IMG/VR virus record: IMGVR_UViG_3300016476_000979
Span: 1 to 35,745 of that record
Source: a virus
Length of the DNA stretch: 35,745 nucleotides
Direction: 5' to 3' (one strand)
The position numbers and the translations under genes were made by a program. The notes below the pieces were generated by a model. The model was not told the DNA's origin, did not search any database, and was given only the letters and a program-made list of their open reading frames with translations. Of this stretch, positions 5,591 through 13,047 are shown piece by piece; position 1 is the stretch's first letter, and each line of letters begins with the position of its first letter.

Positions 5591-5656
5591 TTTTTCCCCC
5601 TCAAGGTCCGCTGCACACATGCAGCCTTAAAATATTTTCTCCCCTTCAAAGGTTCG
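5591..5656. promoter_or_regulatory. Two ~20-bp direct repeats flanking a copy of the palindrome, downstream of terS
   Basis: tttttccccctcaaggtccg (5591-5610), then CTGCACACATGCAG (5611-5624, 1 mismatch), then ttttctccccttcaaaggttcg (5635-5656). TAAAAT at 5628-5633. Confidence 0.5.
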
Positions 5657-5717
5657 ATCAGTCCATTCGTCCATCGCAGGCTTTGGTGCAGGGTCTGGCC
5701 TGTTCGCGGAGCGGCCG

Positions 5718-5924
5718 ATGGATGATGACGACATTGTTGTGGTTGAGCCCGGCAGACCGGAGATCGTGCAGATCGCCGAGTGCGTGGCCCAACTGACTCT
5801 CATCTTCGAAAGCCTCGAACAGCCGACATCCAGACGCTTCCTGAAAAAGACGTTGGATGCCTTGACCTATTACATCGACCCGCCGCGTGGCGAGGTCGTG
5901 GTGCTTGAGAGGACTGAGCGATGA
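5718..5924 (+). CDS. Hypothetical protein (68 aa)
   Basis: GGAG lies 8 nt before the ATG. MDDDDIVVVEPGRPEIVQIAECVAQLTLIFESLEQPTSRRFLKKTLDALTYYIDPPRGEVVVLERTER. Its stop overlaps the next ATG (ATGA). Confidence 0.6.
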   Translation: MDDDDIVVVEPGRPEIVQIAECVAQLTLIFESLEQPTSRRFLKKTLDALTYYIDPPRGEVVVLERTER

Positions 5925-6037
5925 AGAAGCCCATGGACGCCAAGGCTGGCAAAGAGAAGATGGATCCGGCCATGGCCAAGAAGATGCTTGCGGCCAAGGC
6001 GGCGGCCAAGAAGAAGGCTCCGCCCAAAGGCAAGTAA
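5921..6037 (+). CDS. Lys/Ala-rich basic peptide (38 aa)
   Basis: MKKPMDAKAGKEKMDPAMAKKMLAAKAAAKKKAPPKGK. It is ATGA-coupled to the upstream gene and lies in the chain of coupled small genes leading to terL. Confidence 0.45.
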   Translation: MKKPMDAKAGKEKMDPAMAKKMLAAKAAAKKKAPPKGK

Positions 6038-6038
6038 G

Positions 6039-6122
6039 ATGCTTGTCGTCGTCAGCCTGGGCGAGTTTCTCAATCTGCTTTTGACCGGCATGGTCCTTGT
6101 CTATCTGGTGCATACGCGATGA
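6039..6122 (+). CDS. Small hydrophobic peptide (27 aa)
   Basis: MLVVVSLGEFLNLLLTGMVLVYLVHTR. It starts 1 nt after the previous stop and is ATGA-coupled to the next gene at 6119. Confidence 0.4.
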   Translation: MLVVVSLGEFLNLLLTGMVLVYLVHTR

Positions 6123-6319
6123 GTGACGGCACCTTTGCGTCGATCTTGTCGGAGGCCGACCGTGAGCGGCTGCGCGCCATTGTGCGCAAAGTCCATCTCG
6201 CCCATTACCCGGCGCATCTTCTGACCAACATCGAGTGCGACAAGCTCATCGATGCGTGGGGACCGGAGGTGGCGGCGGCACTGGTCAAGAAGGCGGTCGA
6301 CCAAGGGCTGGTGGCGTGA
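6119..6319 (+). CDS. Hypothetical protein (66 aa)
   Basis: MSDGTFASILSEADRERLRAIVRKVHLAHYPAHLLTNIECDKLIDAWGPEVAAALVKKAVDQGLVA. Its stop overlaps the terL GTG (GTGA). Confidence 0.6.
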   Translation: MSDGTFASILSEADRERLRAIVRKVHLAHYPAHLLTNIECDKLIDAWGPEVAAALVKKAVDQGLVA

Positions 6320-7842
6320 CGCTATCCTACAAGCCGGGCGGCGAGGTTCTCAAAGCCTTCATGAAGGACCGCTCGTTCTTTCGGGGGCTGCGCGGTCCGG
6401 TCGGCTCGGGCAAATCGGCGGGCTGCTGCATCACCATTTTGATGCACGCGCTTGAGCAAAAGCCCGGCCCCGATGGCATTCGCAAATCGCGCTGGGCTGT
6501 GGTGCGAAACTCTTACCCGCAGCTGCGCACGACGACGATCAAAACATGGCTCGATTGGTTCCCCGAGGATCAATGGGGCAAGATGCTATGGCATCCGCCG
6601 CCCTATACGCACCGGCTGCGCAAGGGCGACCTCGATCTCGAAGTGATCTTTCTGGCGCTCGACAGGCCCGAAGATATTAAAAAGCTCCTGTCTTTGGAGT
6701 TGACCGGCGTCTGGATTAACGAAGCGCGTGAGCTTCCCAAGGCGATTGTCGACGCTTGCACCATGCGCGTGGGCCGTTTTCCCTCGATGAAGGATGGCGG
6801 GCCGTCTTGGTATGGCGTGATCGCCGACACCAACGCGCCTGATGAAGATCATTGGTGGCCGATCATGGCAGGCGAAGTCCCCCTGCCCGATCACATCAGC
6901 CGCGAAGAAGCCCTGATGCTGGTCAAGCCCGAGACATGGACGTTCTTCAACCAACCGGGCGGCATGATTGAGCAAAAGACCGCCGAGGGCGAGATCACCG
7001 GCTACACGCTCAATCCGAAAGCCGAGAACCGCCAGAACCTGACGCCGAATTATTATCCCGACATCATTCGCGGCAAGGCCAAAGGCTGGATCGATGTTTA
7101 TGTGCTCAACAAGTTTGGCAGCCTGACTGACGGCAAGCCGGTCTATCCGATGTTCACCGAGGAGTTGCACGTTGCACGCGAGCCGATTTTGCCTGTGCCG
7201 AATGTTCCGCTCTTGGTCGGCATGGATTTTGGGCTCACGCCCGCTGCAATCTTTGCGCAAAATGTGCGCGGCAAATGGATCATCCTGCACGAACTCGTCG
7301 CGCAAGATATGGGTATCGTCCGCTTCGCTGAATTGTTCCGAACGGAATTGGCCACTCGGTTCCCCGGTGCCACAGCTTTGGTTTATGGCGACCCTGCCGG
7401 TGACTACCGCGCCCAAACCGACGAGCGCACCCCGTTCCAAATTCTGCGCTCGGCTGGCATCAAGGCTTACCCGGCTGGTAACAATGATGTGGCGCTGCGT
7501 CTCGAAGCCGTGGCGACGGCGCTCAACCGGCTGATCGATGGCCAAGCGGCGTTCATTGTCGACCCGCGCTGCATCAACCTGATCAAAGGCTTTCGCGGCG
7601 GCTACCAATATCGCCGCCTGCAAGTCTCGGGCACCGATCGGTATGAGGAAAAGCCTGACAAGAACAAGTTCTCGCATGTCCACGACGCGCTGCAATATGC
7701 GCTGATCGGCGGCGGCGAAGGCCGGGCGCTGCTCAACACCGGGCGCAACGCCACGCCGGTCAATGCGCGCCGCGACTATGACGTGTTTGCGCGCCGCCCG
7801 ACCGGCCCGCGCATCCCCCGTGTCCGTTTCGGTCCATTGTGA
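6316..7842 (+). CDS. terL: Terminase large subunit
   Basis: Walker A motif in LRGPVGSGKSAGC. The ATPase N-terminal and nuclease C-terminal layout fits, with 508 aa. GTG at 6316 is coupled to the upstream gene. The ORF-track start at 6235 adds a Gly/Arg junk extension that overlaps the 66-aa gene. Confidence 0.9.
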   Translation: MTLSYKPGGEVLKAFMKDRSFFRGLRGPVGSGKSAGCCITILMHALEQKPGPDGIRKSRWAVVRNSYPQLRTTTIKTWLDWFPEDQWGKMLWHPPPYTHRLRKGDLDLEVIFLALDRPEDIKKLLSLELTGVWINEARELPKAIVDACTMRVGRFPSMKDGGPSWYGVIADTNAPDEDHWWPIMAGEVPLPDHISREEALMLVKPETWTFFNQPGGMIEQKTAEGEITGYTLNPKAENRQNLTPNYYPDIIRGKAKGWIDVYVLNKFGSLTDGKPVYPMFTEELHVAREPILPVPNVPLLVGMDFGLTPAAIFAQNVRGKWIILHELVAQDMGIVRFAELFRTELATRFPGATALVYGDPAGDYRAQTDERTPFQILRSAGIKAYPAGNNDVALRLEAVATALNRLIDGQAAFIVDPRCINLIKGFRGGYQYRRLQVSGTDRYEEKPDKNKFSHVHDALQYALIGGGEGRALLNTGRNATPVNARRDYDVFARRPTGPRIPRVRFGPL

Positions 7843-7890
7843 GTTTGGCGTTTGATCGCCAGTGCTCTGACATGGAACGGAGGATGGCCT

Positions 7891-8133
7891 ATGTGCGGAA
7901 GCCCTAAACCCTCGGCTGCGCAGATGCAAAGCGAAGCCCTGCAACTCGAAATGCTCAAGAAGCAGAAAGAGCAGATGGAGTTGATGAAGGCCGACGAAGC
8001 CACGCGCAAGGCGGAGAACAAGGAAAAGGCACTGCAAGAAGATGTGGTGCGCTCGTCCGGTTCTTATGGCTTCCGTTCGCTGATCTCCGGTCGCCGGGGC
8101 GGCTCGGGCTTTGGCCGCGAGATGATGGGCTAA
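7891..8133 (+). CDS. Hypothetical small protein between terL and portal (80 aa)
   Basis: GGAGGATGGCCT precedes the ATG at 7891. The central segment is coiled-coil-like (QLEMLKKQKEQMELMKADEATRKAENKEKALQ). The C-terminus is Gly/Arg-rich. Confidence 0.55.
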   Translation: MCGSPKPSAAQMQSEALQLEMLKKQKEQMELMKADEATRKAENKEKALQEDVVRSSGSYGFRSLISGRRGGSGFGREMMG

Positions 8134-8140
8134 TCGCTCG

Positions 8141-9709
8141 ATGATCTTGGTGGAACCGCTTCAGACGGCGAAGGGCGACGAGGTCAGCCGCGTCAGCGCG
8201 CGGTTTAGCCGTGCCAAATCCATCAAGGATCAATGGAAGTCGAAATTCGAAGAATGCTATGAATACGCCATGCCGTCGCGCGAGTCGTTCTACGACCAAG
8301 CTCAAGGGCAATCGCGCACCGACAAGATCTTCGATGAGACGGCAGTGGTCGGCGTGCAGGAGTTTGCCTCACGCCTGCAATCGGGCCTCGTGCCAAACTT
8401 CGCCCGCTGGGCCGAACTCGTCGCGGGCTCTGAGATTCCGTCCGACCAACGCGCCGAAGTCGATCAAGCGCTTGAGAAGGTCACCGACTATCTGTTCGAG
8501 ATTTTACAAAACTCGAACTTCGCGCAAGAGACGCATGAGAGCTTCCTTGACCTCGCGGTGTCGACTGGCTGCCTTTACGCCGAAGAAGGCGATGCGCTGA
8601 ACCCGGTGCTGTTTACCGCCGTGCCGTTGACGCAATTGGTGCTCGACACTGGCCCTGACGACAAGATCGATTTCATTGCGCGGGAACGCGCGCTGCGCGC
8701 GTCCAACATCAAGGTCGCCTATCCCAAGGCGAATATCCCGACCGACATGGCGCGCAAACTGGCCGAAGGCACCGATGAGCAAGTCAAGCTGATCGATTGC
8801 ACCTATCGCGTCTATGGCTCGCTCGATGAAGAACATCGCCGTGTGGTGTTTTGCGAGAAGTCCAAGCACGTCTATTACCGCGAAACCTATAAGGGCGCGG
8901 GCTCTTGCCCGTTTGTGGCGTTCCGCTGGGCCAAATCGGCTGGCGAAACCTATGGCCGTGGCCCGTTGATGAACGCCATGGCGGCGGTCAAGACGTGCAA
9001 TCTGACCGTGCAGCTGATCCTTGAGAATGCGCAAATGGCGATCTCGGGCATGTATACGGTCGAGGATGACGGCGTCGTCAATCCCGACACCATCCAATTG
9101 GTGCCCGGCACGGTGATCCCGGTCGCCCCCGGCAGCCAAGGCTTGCGCGCCGTGCAAGGCGCGGGCTCGTTTGATGTCGCGCAATTGGTGTTAAGCGACA
9201 TGCGGATGAACATTCGCAAGGCGCTTTACAACGACATGCTCGGCAATCCCGACAAGACGCCGATGAGCGCGACCGAAGTGGCGCAGCGCATGGCGGATCT
9301 GTCGCGTCAGATCGGCGCGGCGTTCGGGCGCTTGCAGGCCGAGTTCGTCAATCCGGTGCTGCGTCGGGTGGTCTATATCCTTAAGAAGCAAGGCCGCATC
9401 AAAGTGCCGACGGTCAATGGCCGTGAGGTCAAGGTGCGCTCGACCAGCCCCTTAGCGCAGGCACAAGCGCAGCAAGACATTGTGGCGTTCGATCAATTCG
9501 TGATGTTGGTCGGCAGCCGCTTCGGACCGCAATTGGTCAATCTGCTCGTCAAGTCGGAAGATGCCGCCAAATATCTTGCCGACAAATATGGCGTGCCCGA
9601 ACGCTTGCTGCGCTCGGATCAGGAGAGAGCGCAACTCGTCCAGCAGTTGACGCAAAGCATGGGACAAATGAATGACCCGAACAGCCAAGCCGGGGGCGTT
9701 GGGCCCTGA
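8141..9709 (+). CDS. Portal (head-to-tail connector) protein, T7 gp8-like
   Basis: 522 aa, lying directly after terL. The N-terminal layout (W..KFEECYEYAMPSRESFY...FDETAVVGVQEFASRLQSGLVPNFARWAEL) parallels T7 gp8. Confidence 0.85.
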   Translation: MILVEPLQTAKGDEVSRVSARFSRAKSIKDQWKSKFEECYEYAMPSRESFYDQAQGQSRTDKIFDETAVVGVQEFASRLQSGLVPNFARWAELVAGSEIPSDQRAEVDQALEKVTDYLFEILQNSNFAQETHESFLDLAVSTGCLYAEEGDALNPVLFTAVPLTQLVLDTGPDDKIDFIARERALRASNIKVAYPKANIPTDMARKLAEGTDEQVKLIDCTYRVYGSLDEEHRRVVFCEKSKHVYYRETYKGAGSCPFVAFRWAKSAGETYGRGPLMNAMAAVKTCNLTVQLILENAQMAISGMYTVEDDGVVNPDTIQLVPGTVIPVAPGSQGLRAVQGAGSFDVAQLVLSDMRMNIRKALYNDMLGNPDKTPMSATEVAQRMADLSRQIGAAFGRLQAEFVNPVLRRVVYILKKQGRIKVPTVNGREVKVRSTSPLAQAQAQQDIVAFDQFVMLVGSRFGPQLVNLLVKSEDAAKYLADKYGVPERLLRSDQERAQLVQQLTQSMGQMNDPNSQAGGVGP

Positions 9710-9932
9710 CGGATTCGTGCGCAGCCCCGACGACGAACACAAACTCAATCGCCTGTTTGCCGTGACCTTTGCCTCTGAGGCGGGCCGTGAAGTGCTCACC
9801 TATTTGCGCAAGATCACCATTGAAGCGGTGCACGGCCCGAACGTGCAGCCGCATGAACTGATGCACCGCGAAGGCATGCGCTATCTCGTCGGCATCATCG
9901 AACAACGCATCGCAAGAGGACACCATGTCTGA
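9672..9932 (+). CDS. Hypothetical head-module protein (86 aa)
   Basis: The ATG overlaps the portal 3' end. LFAVTFASEAGREVLTYLRKITIEAVHGPNVQPHELMHREGMRYLVGIIEQRI has coherent composition. Confidence 0.55.
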   Translation: MTRTAKPGALGPDGFVRSPDDEHKLNRLFAVTFASEAGREVLTYLRKITIEAVHGPNVQPHELMHREGMRYLVGIIEQRIARGHHV

Positions 9933-10692
9933 GAGCTTGATTGCCACAGCCCCGACCGAAACCGCCGTCAATGACCAGATCACCGATGCGGTGACGCAGA
10001 CCGAAGCGCCAGCGCGGCCCGAATGGCTGCCGGAGAAGTTTTGGGTCAACAATGAACCGGCTTACGAAAACCTCGCCAAATCCTATGGCGAATTGGAAAA
10101 GACCTATCGCGCCAAAGAAGAAGATCTGCGCGCCAAGCTGATCGATGAATTGGCCGCCGAAGCCTATCAAGGTCGCCCCGAAGCGCCCGAGAAATATGAA
10201 TTGCCAACGATTGAGGGGGCCGATGTCGGCGTCATGGCCGAGCACCCGCTGACCAAATGGTGGGCCGAGTTTGCGTTCGAGAACGGCTTTGACCAAGAGA
10301 CGTTCAAGAGCGGTATTGAGATGTATCTACAAGCCCGCGCGCAAGATGTGCCCAATCCCGAACAGGAACTCAAAGCGCTCGGCGACAATGCCAAAGCCCG
10401 CACTGAAGCGGTCGGGCTATGGGTCGGCCAGAACTTTGACGAGAGCGAGATCGGCGTCATCGAGCAGATTTGCACCACGGCGCAGGGCGTCAAGGTGATG
10501 GAAAAGCTCATGCAGATGGTGCGGGGCGAGGCAGGCAGCGACGATGTGTTCGTGCCGATGGAGCAAGTCACCGAAGCCGACATCAACAAAATGATGCAGG
10601 ACCGGCGCTATTGGTCGCCGACGGACCGCGATCCGACCTATATTAAGAAGGTCGAATCCTACTTCCAGAAGAAATATGGCGCACGCGCGTGA
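9925..10692 (+). CDS. Scaffolding (capsid assembly) protein
   Basis: 255 aa, acidic and helical (ENLAKSYGELEKTYRAKEEDLRAKLIDELAAEA). It lies between the portal and capsid genes, with AGAGGA before the ATG. Confidence 0.75.
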   Translation: MSESLIATAPTETAVNDQITDAVTQTEAPARPEWLPEKFWVNNEPAYENLAKSYGELEKTYRAKEEDLRAKLIDELAAEAYQGRPEAPEKYELPTIEGADVGVMAEHPLTKWWAEFAFENGFDQETFKSGIEMYLQARAQDVPNPEQELKALGDNAKARTEAVGLWVGQNFDESEIGVIEQICTTAQGVKVMEKLMQMVRGEAGSDDVFVPMEQVTEADINKMMQDRRYWSPTDRDPTYIKKVESYFQKKYGARA

Positions 10693-11159
10693 AGGTGCGG
10701 TTTTACGAGCCAAACGATTTTGAGCGCGTCTATGCGTTAGCTCAGCAAATGCATGACGAGTCGGTGTTCCGCATCTTCCCGTTCCGCGAGGAAAAAGCCC
10801 ACACCATCGCCCGCATGTGCTGTGAGCGCGACGACTTCTTAATGCTGGTGGCCGAACGCGAGGCGGTGATTGTCGGCTTCTTTGTCGGCTTCCGCGCCGA
10901 GCATTTCTTTTCCGACAGCACCTATGCGTCCGATCTCGCGCTTTATGTCGATCCGCCGTTTCGCGGCTCGTCGGCAGCGGTGCGCTTAATGGCGACGTTT
11001 GAAGGCTGGGCGCGCCATCATGGCTGTGCGGAGCTGAGGATTGGGGCGGCTGCGCAAATCAATCCGGCGGTCGCCGACAAATTGTTTAAGGGCTTGGGCT
11101 TCCAGCCAGGCGGCGCGCTCTACACAAAATCGATCAGTCCATTGAGTGGACCGCACTGA
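10689..11159 (+). CDS. GNAT-family N-acetyltransferase embedded in the head module
   Basis: The GTG start overlaps the scaffold stop (GTGA). The acetyl-CoA motif A region is LALYVDPPFRGSSAAVRLM, with KLFKGLGFQP following. Confidence 0.75.
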   Translation: MKVRFYEPNDFERVYALAQQMHDESVFRIFPFREEKAHTIARMCCERDDFLMLVAEREAVIVGFFVGFRAEHFFSDSTYASDLALYVDPPFRGSSAAVRLMATFEGWARHHGCAELRIGAAAQINPAVADKLFKGLGFQPGGALYTKSISPLSGPH

Positions 11160-11288
11160 GCGGCAAAGTGCGCTGTCATAAGGCCCGTGTGCGCCGCTTG
11201 AGCCCTGCAAAGGACAACTCGGTCGCGGTAAACGTCGGACAACCTTCGAACCCGAAGTTGAAACCGAAACGCTGAAAGGGGTTCTGAC

Positions 11289-12110
11289 ATGGCTCTCACC
11301 ATTGATCAGGCTTTTATTAAGCAGTTCGAGTCCGAAGTTCACATGGCGTATCAGCGCATGGGCTCGAAACTGCGTGGCTCTGTCCGCTTCAAGGGCAATG
11401 TCACTGGCAAATCCACGACCTTCCAAAAGGTCGGCAAGGGTGCTGCCACCACCAAATCGCGTCACGGCAATCTGCCGGTGATGAACATCGACCATTCGAA
11501 CGTCGAAGTGACGCTCGCCGATTACTACGCTTCTGACTATGTTGATAAGCTCGATGAGTTGAAGATCAACATTGATGAGCGTCAGGTGGTCGCGCAGAAC
11601 GCCGCTTATGCGCTCGGTCGCAAGTCCGACGATCTCGTCATCACGGCGCTCGACTCGACCTCGAACACCACGACGGAAGCGGGCACGGACGGTCTGACGC
11701 AGGCCAAGATCAACACGGTGTTCGAATATTTCGGCACCAACGACGTGCCGGACGATGGCGACCGCTATTGGGTCATCTCGCCTGCCGCGTGGGTTGATCT
11801 CCTCGGCATCTCCGCCTTCTCCGACGCCGACTTTATTGGCCCCGACGAGTTGCCCTACAAGGGCGGCATGGTCGCCAAGCGTTGGCTCGGCTTCATGTGG
11901 ATGACGCATTCGGGTCTGCCGATTGCTTCGACCATTCGCAAAACCTTCGCCTTCCATCGCTCGGCCATTGGTCTGGCGTCGGGTCAGGATGTGACGACGG
12001 AAGTCAATTACATCCCCGAAAAGGCGGCTCACCTCATCACCGCCATGATGTCGCAGGGTTCGTCCCTGATCGACGCCACCGGCGCGTATGAAGTTCAGAT
12101 CAAGGAGTAA
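11289..12110 (+). CDS. Major capsid protein
   Basis: 273 aa, with GAAAGGGG before the ATG. It follows the scaffold and is followed by an intrinsic terminator. Thr/Ser/Gly/Ala-rich structural-protein composition. Assignment is by position and composition; no family motif was recognised. Confidence 0.75.
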   Translation: MALTIDQAFIKQFESEVHMAYQRMGSKLRGSVRFKGNVTGKSTTFQKVGKGAATTKSRHGNLPVMNIDHSNVEVTLADYYASDYVDKLDELKINIDERQVVAQNAAYALGRKSDDLVITALDSTSNTTTEAGTDGLTQAKINTVFEYFGTNDVPDDGDRYWVISPAAWVDLLGISAFSDADFIGPDELPYKGGMVAKRWLGFMWMTHSGLPIASTIRKTFAFHRSAIGLASGQDVTTEVNYIPEKAAHLITAMMSQGSSLIDATGAYEVQIKE

Positions 12111-12116
12111 CGCACC

Positions 12117-12362
12117 ATGGCTCTTGTTGCTGCTGATCTTGTCAAAGTGGCGGGCGCTGCCCGTCAGATTTGGCACTACGCCTCTGCCGATGCCGTGGCC
12201 ACGATTGCGGGCTCTGGCTACTTCAACGACGTGACCGGCAACCTCCGTCAGAACGACATCATCTTGGTGGTCGGTTCGACGGGTGGCACGGCCACGGTCG
12301 ACGTTCTCGTCGTCACTTCGGCGACGGGCGCGGCGACGGTCACAACGACCAACGGCACCTGA
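12117..12362 (+). CDS. Small virion-associated protein (possible head decoration), 81 aa
   Basis: AAGGAG precedes the ATG, 6 nt after the capsid stop. The C-terminus is Thr/Ala/Val-rich (GGTATVDVLVVTSATGAATVTTTNGT). Confidence 0.6.
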   Translation: MALVAADLVKVAGAARQIWHYASADAVATIAGSGYFNDVTGNLRQNDIILVVGSTGGTATVDVLVVTSATGAATVTTTNGT

Positions 12363-12410
12363 TTGGTGCCAAGCAAATCCGTGTGATCTCTCCCGCACGG
12401 ACGCACCATC

Positions 12411-12449
12411 GGGGGGCGAGGTTGGGCTGGCCTCGCTCCCCATCTTTAT
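12411..12449 (+). terminator. Intrinsic terminator/attenuator after the capsid genes
   Basis: ggggggcgagg-ttgggctgg-cctcgctcccc forms an 11-bp stem with one G:U, followed by atctttat. Confidence 0.55.
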
Positions 12450-12460
12450 GAGGGCTCCAC

Positions 12461-13045
12461 GTGGCGACGACAGCGATTGATATTTGTGCCCGCGCGCTCA
12501 TCCTGATCGGCGCAAGCCCGATTACGTCGTTCGAGGACGGCTCGACTGAGGCAACCGTTGCCGCCAATCTCTACGAAGATACGGTGCGCGATCTCTTGGC
12601 CCGCTATCGCTGGCGCTTTGCCACCGGCCAAACCCAACTCAACCGTTTGACCGATGTGCCCGATGCGCGCTGGGACGCCGCCTATCAAGCGCCTGCCGAT
12701 TTATTGGTGCTGCACGCGGTGACGGTCGGCGACAATCCGATCGCTTATGACCGTTACCAAGACATGATCTATTGCAATGCCACCGATCAAGATGTGGTGG
12801 TGGCCGATTACACCTTCCGCGCCAGCGAGGATTTGTGGTCGCCGGGCTTTGTCAGCGCTGTGGAATATCAATTGGCGTCGGTGTTTGCCTATGCGGTTGC
12901 GGCGCAAATGGAACTGTCCAGCATGATGGAGCAGCGCGCCTTGCGCCAGCTGACCATCGCCCGCTCGGTCGATAGCCAGAGCCAGACTTCGAAGCGGCTG
13001 AACGTGCAACGCTTCCATCAATTGCGCACCACCATCCGAGGCTGA
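12461..13045 (+). CDS. Tail tubular protein A (T7 gp11-like)
   Basis: 194 aa (T7 gp11 is 196 aa). IDICARALILIGASPITSFEDGSTEATVAANLYEDTVRDLLARYRWRFAT parallels T7 gp11 [46 protein letters not shown]. GTG start after GAGGG. Confidence 0.8.
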   Translation: MATTAIDICARALILIGASPITSFEDGSTEATVAANLYEDTVRDLLARYRWRFATGQTQLNRLTDVPDARWDAAYQAPADLLVLHAVTVGDNPIAYDRYQDMIYCNATDQDVVVADYTFRASEDLWSPGFVSAVEYQLASVFAYAVAAQMELSSMMEQRALRQLTIARSVDSQSQTSKRLNVQRFHQLRTTIRG

Positions 13046-13047
13046 GC

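Noticed and set aside
5658-6113. 151-aa minus-strand ORF between terS and terL.
   Set aside because: Its translation is Pro/Trp/Ser-rich and repetitive. The plus strand holds a chain of ATGA/GTGA-coupled small genes leading into terL, which explains the open frame better.
6586-8037. 483-aa minus-strand ORF antisense to terL. Similar long antisense ORFs occur at 8504..9184, 10986..12443, 14110..14961, 15465..16760, 18632..19396, 21290..22198 and 23006..23839.
   Set aside because: These are typical shadow ORFs of GC-rich coding DNA. They have Arg/Ala/Gly/His-rich low-complexity translations and no RBS. Each is fully covered by an opposite-strand gene with recognisable motifs (Walker A, portal, capsid, M15, tail fibre).
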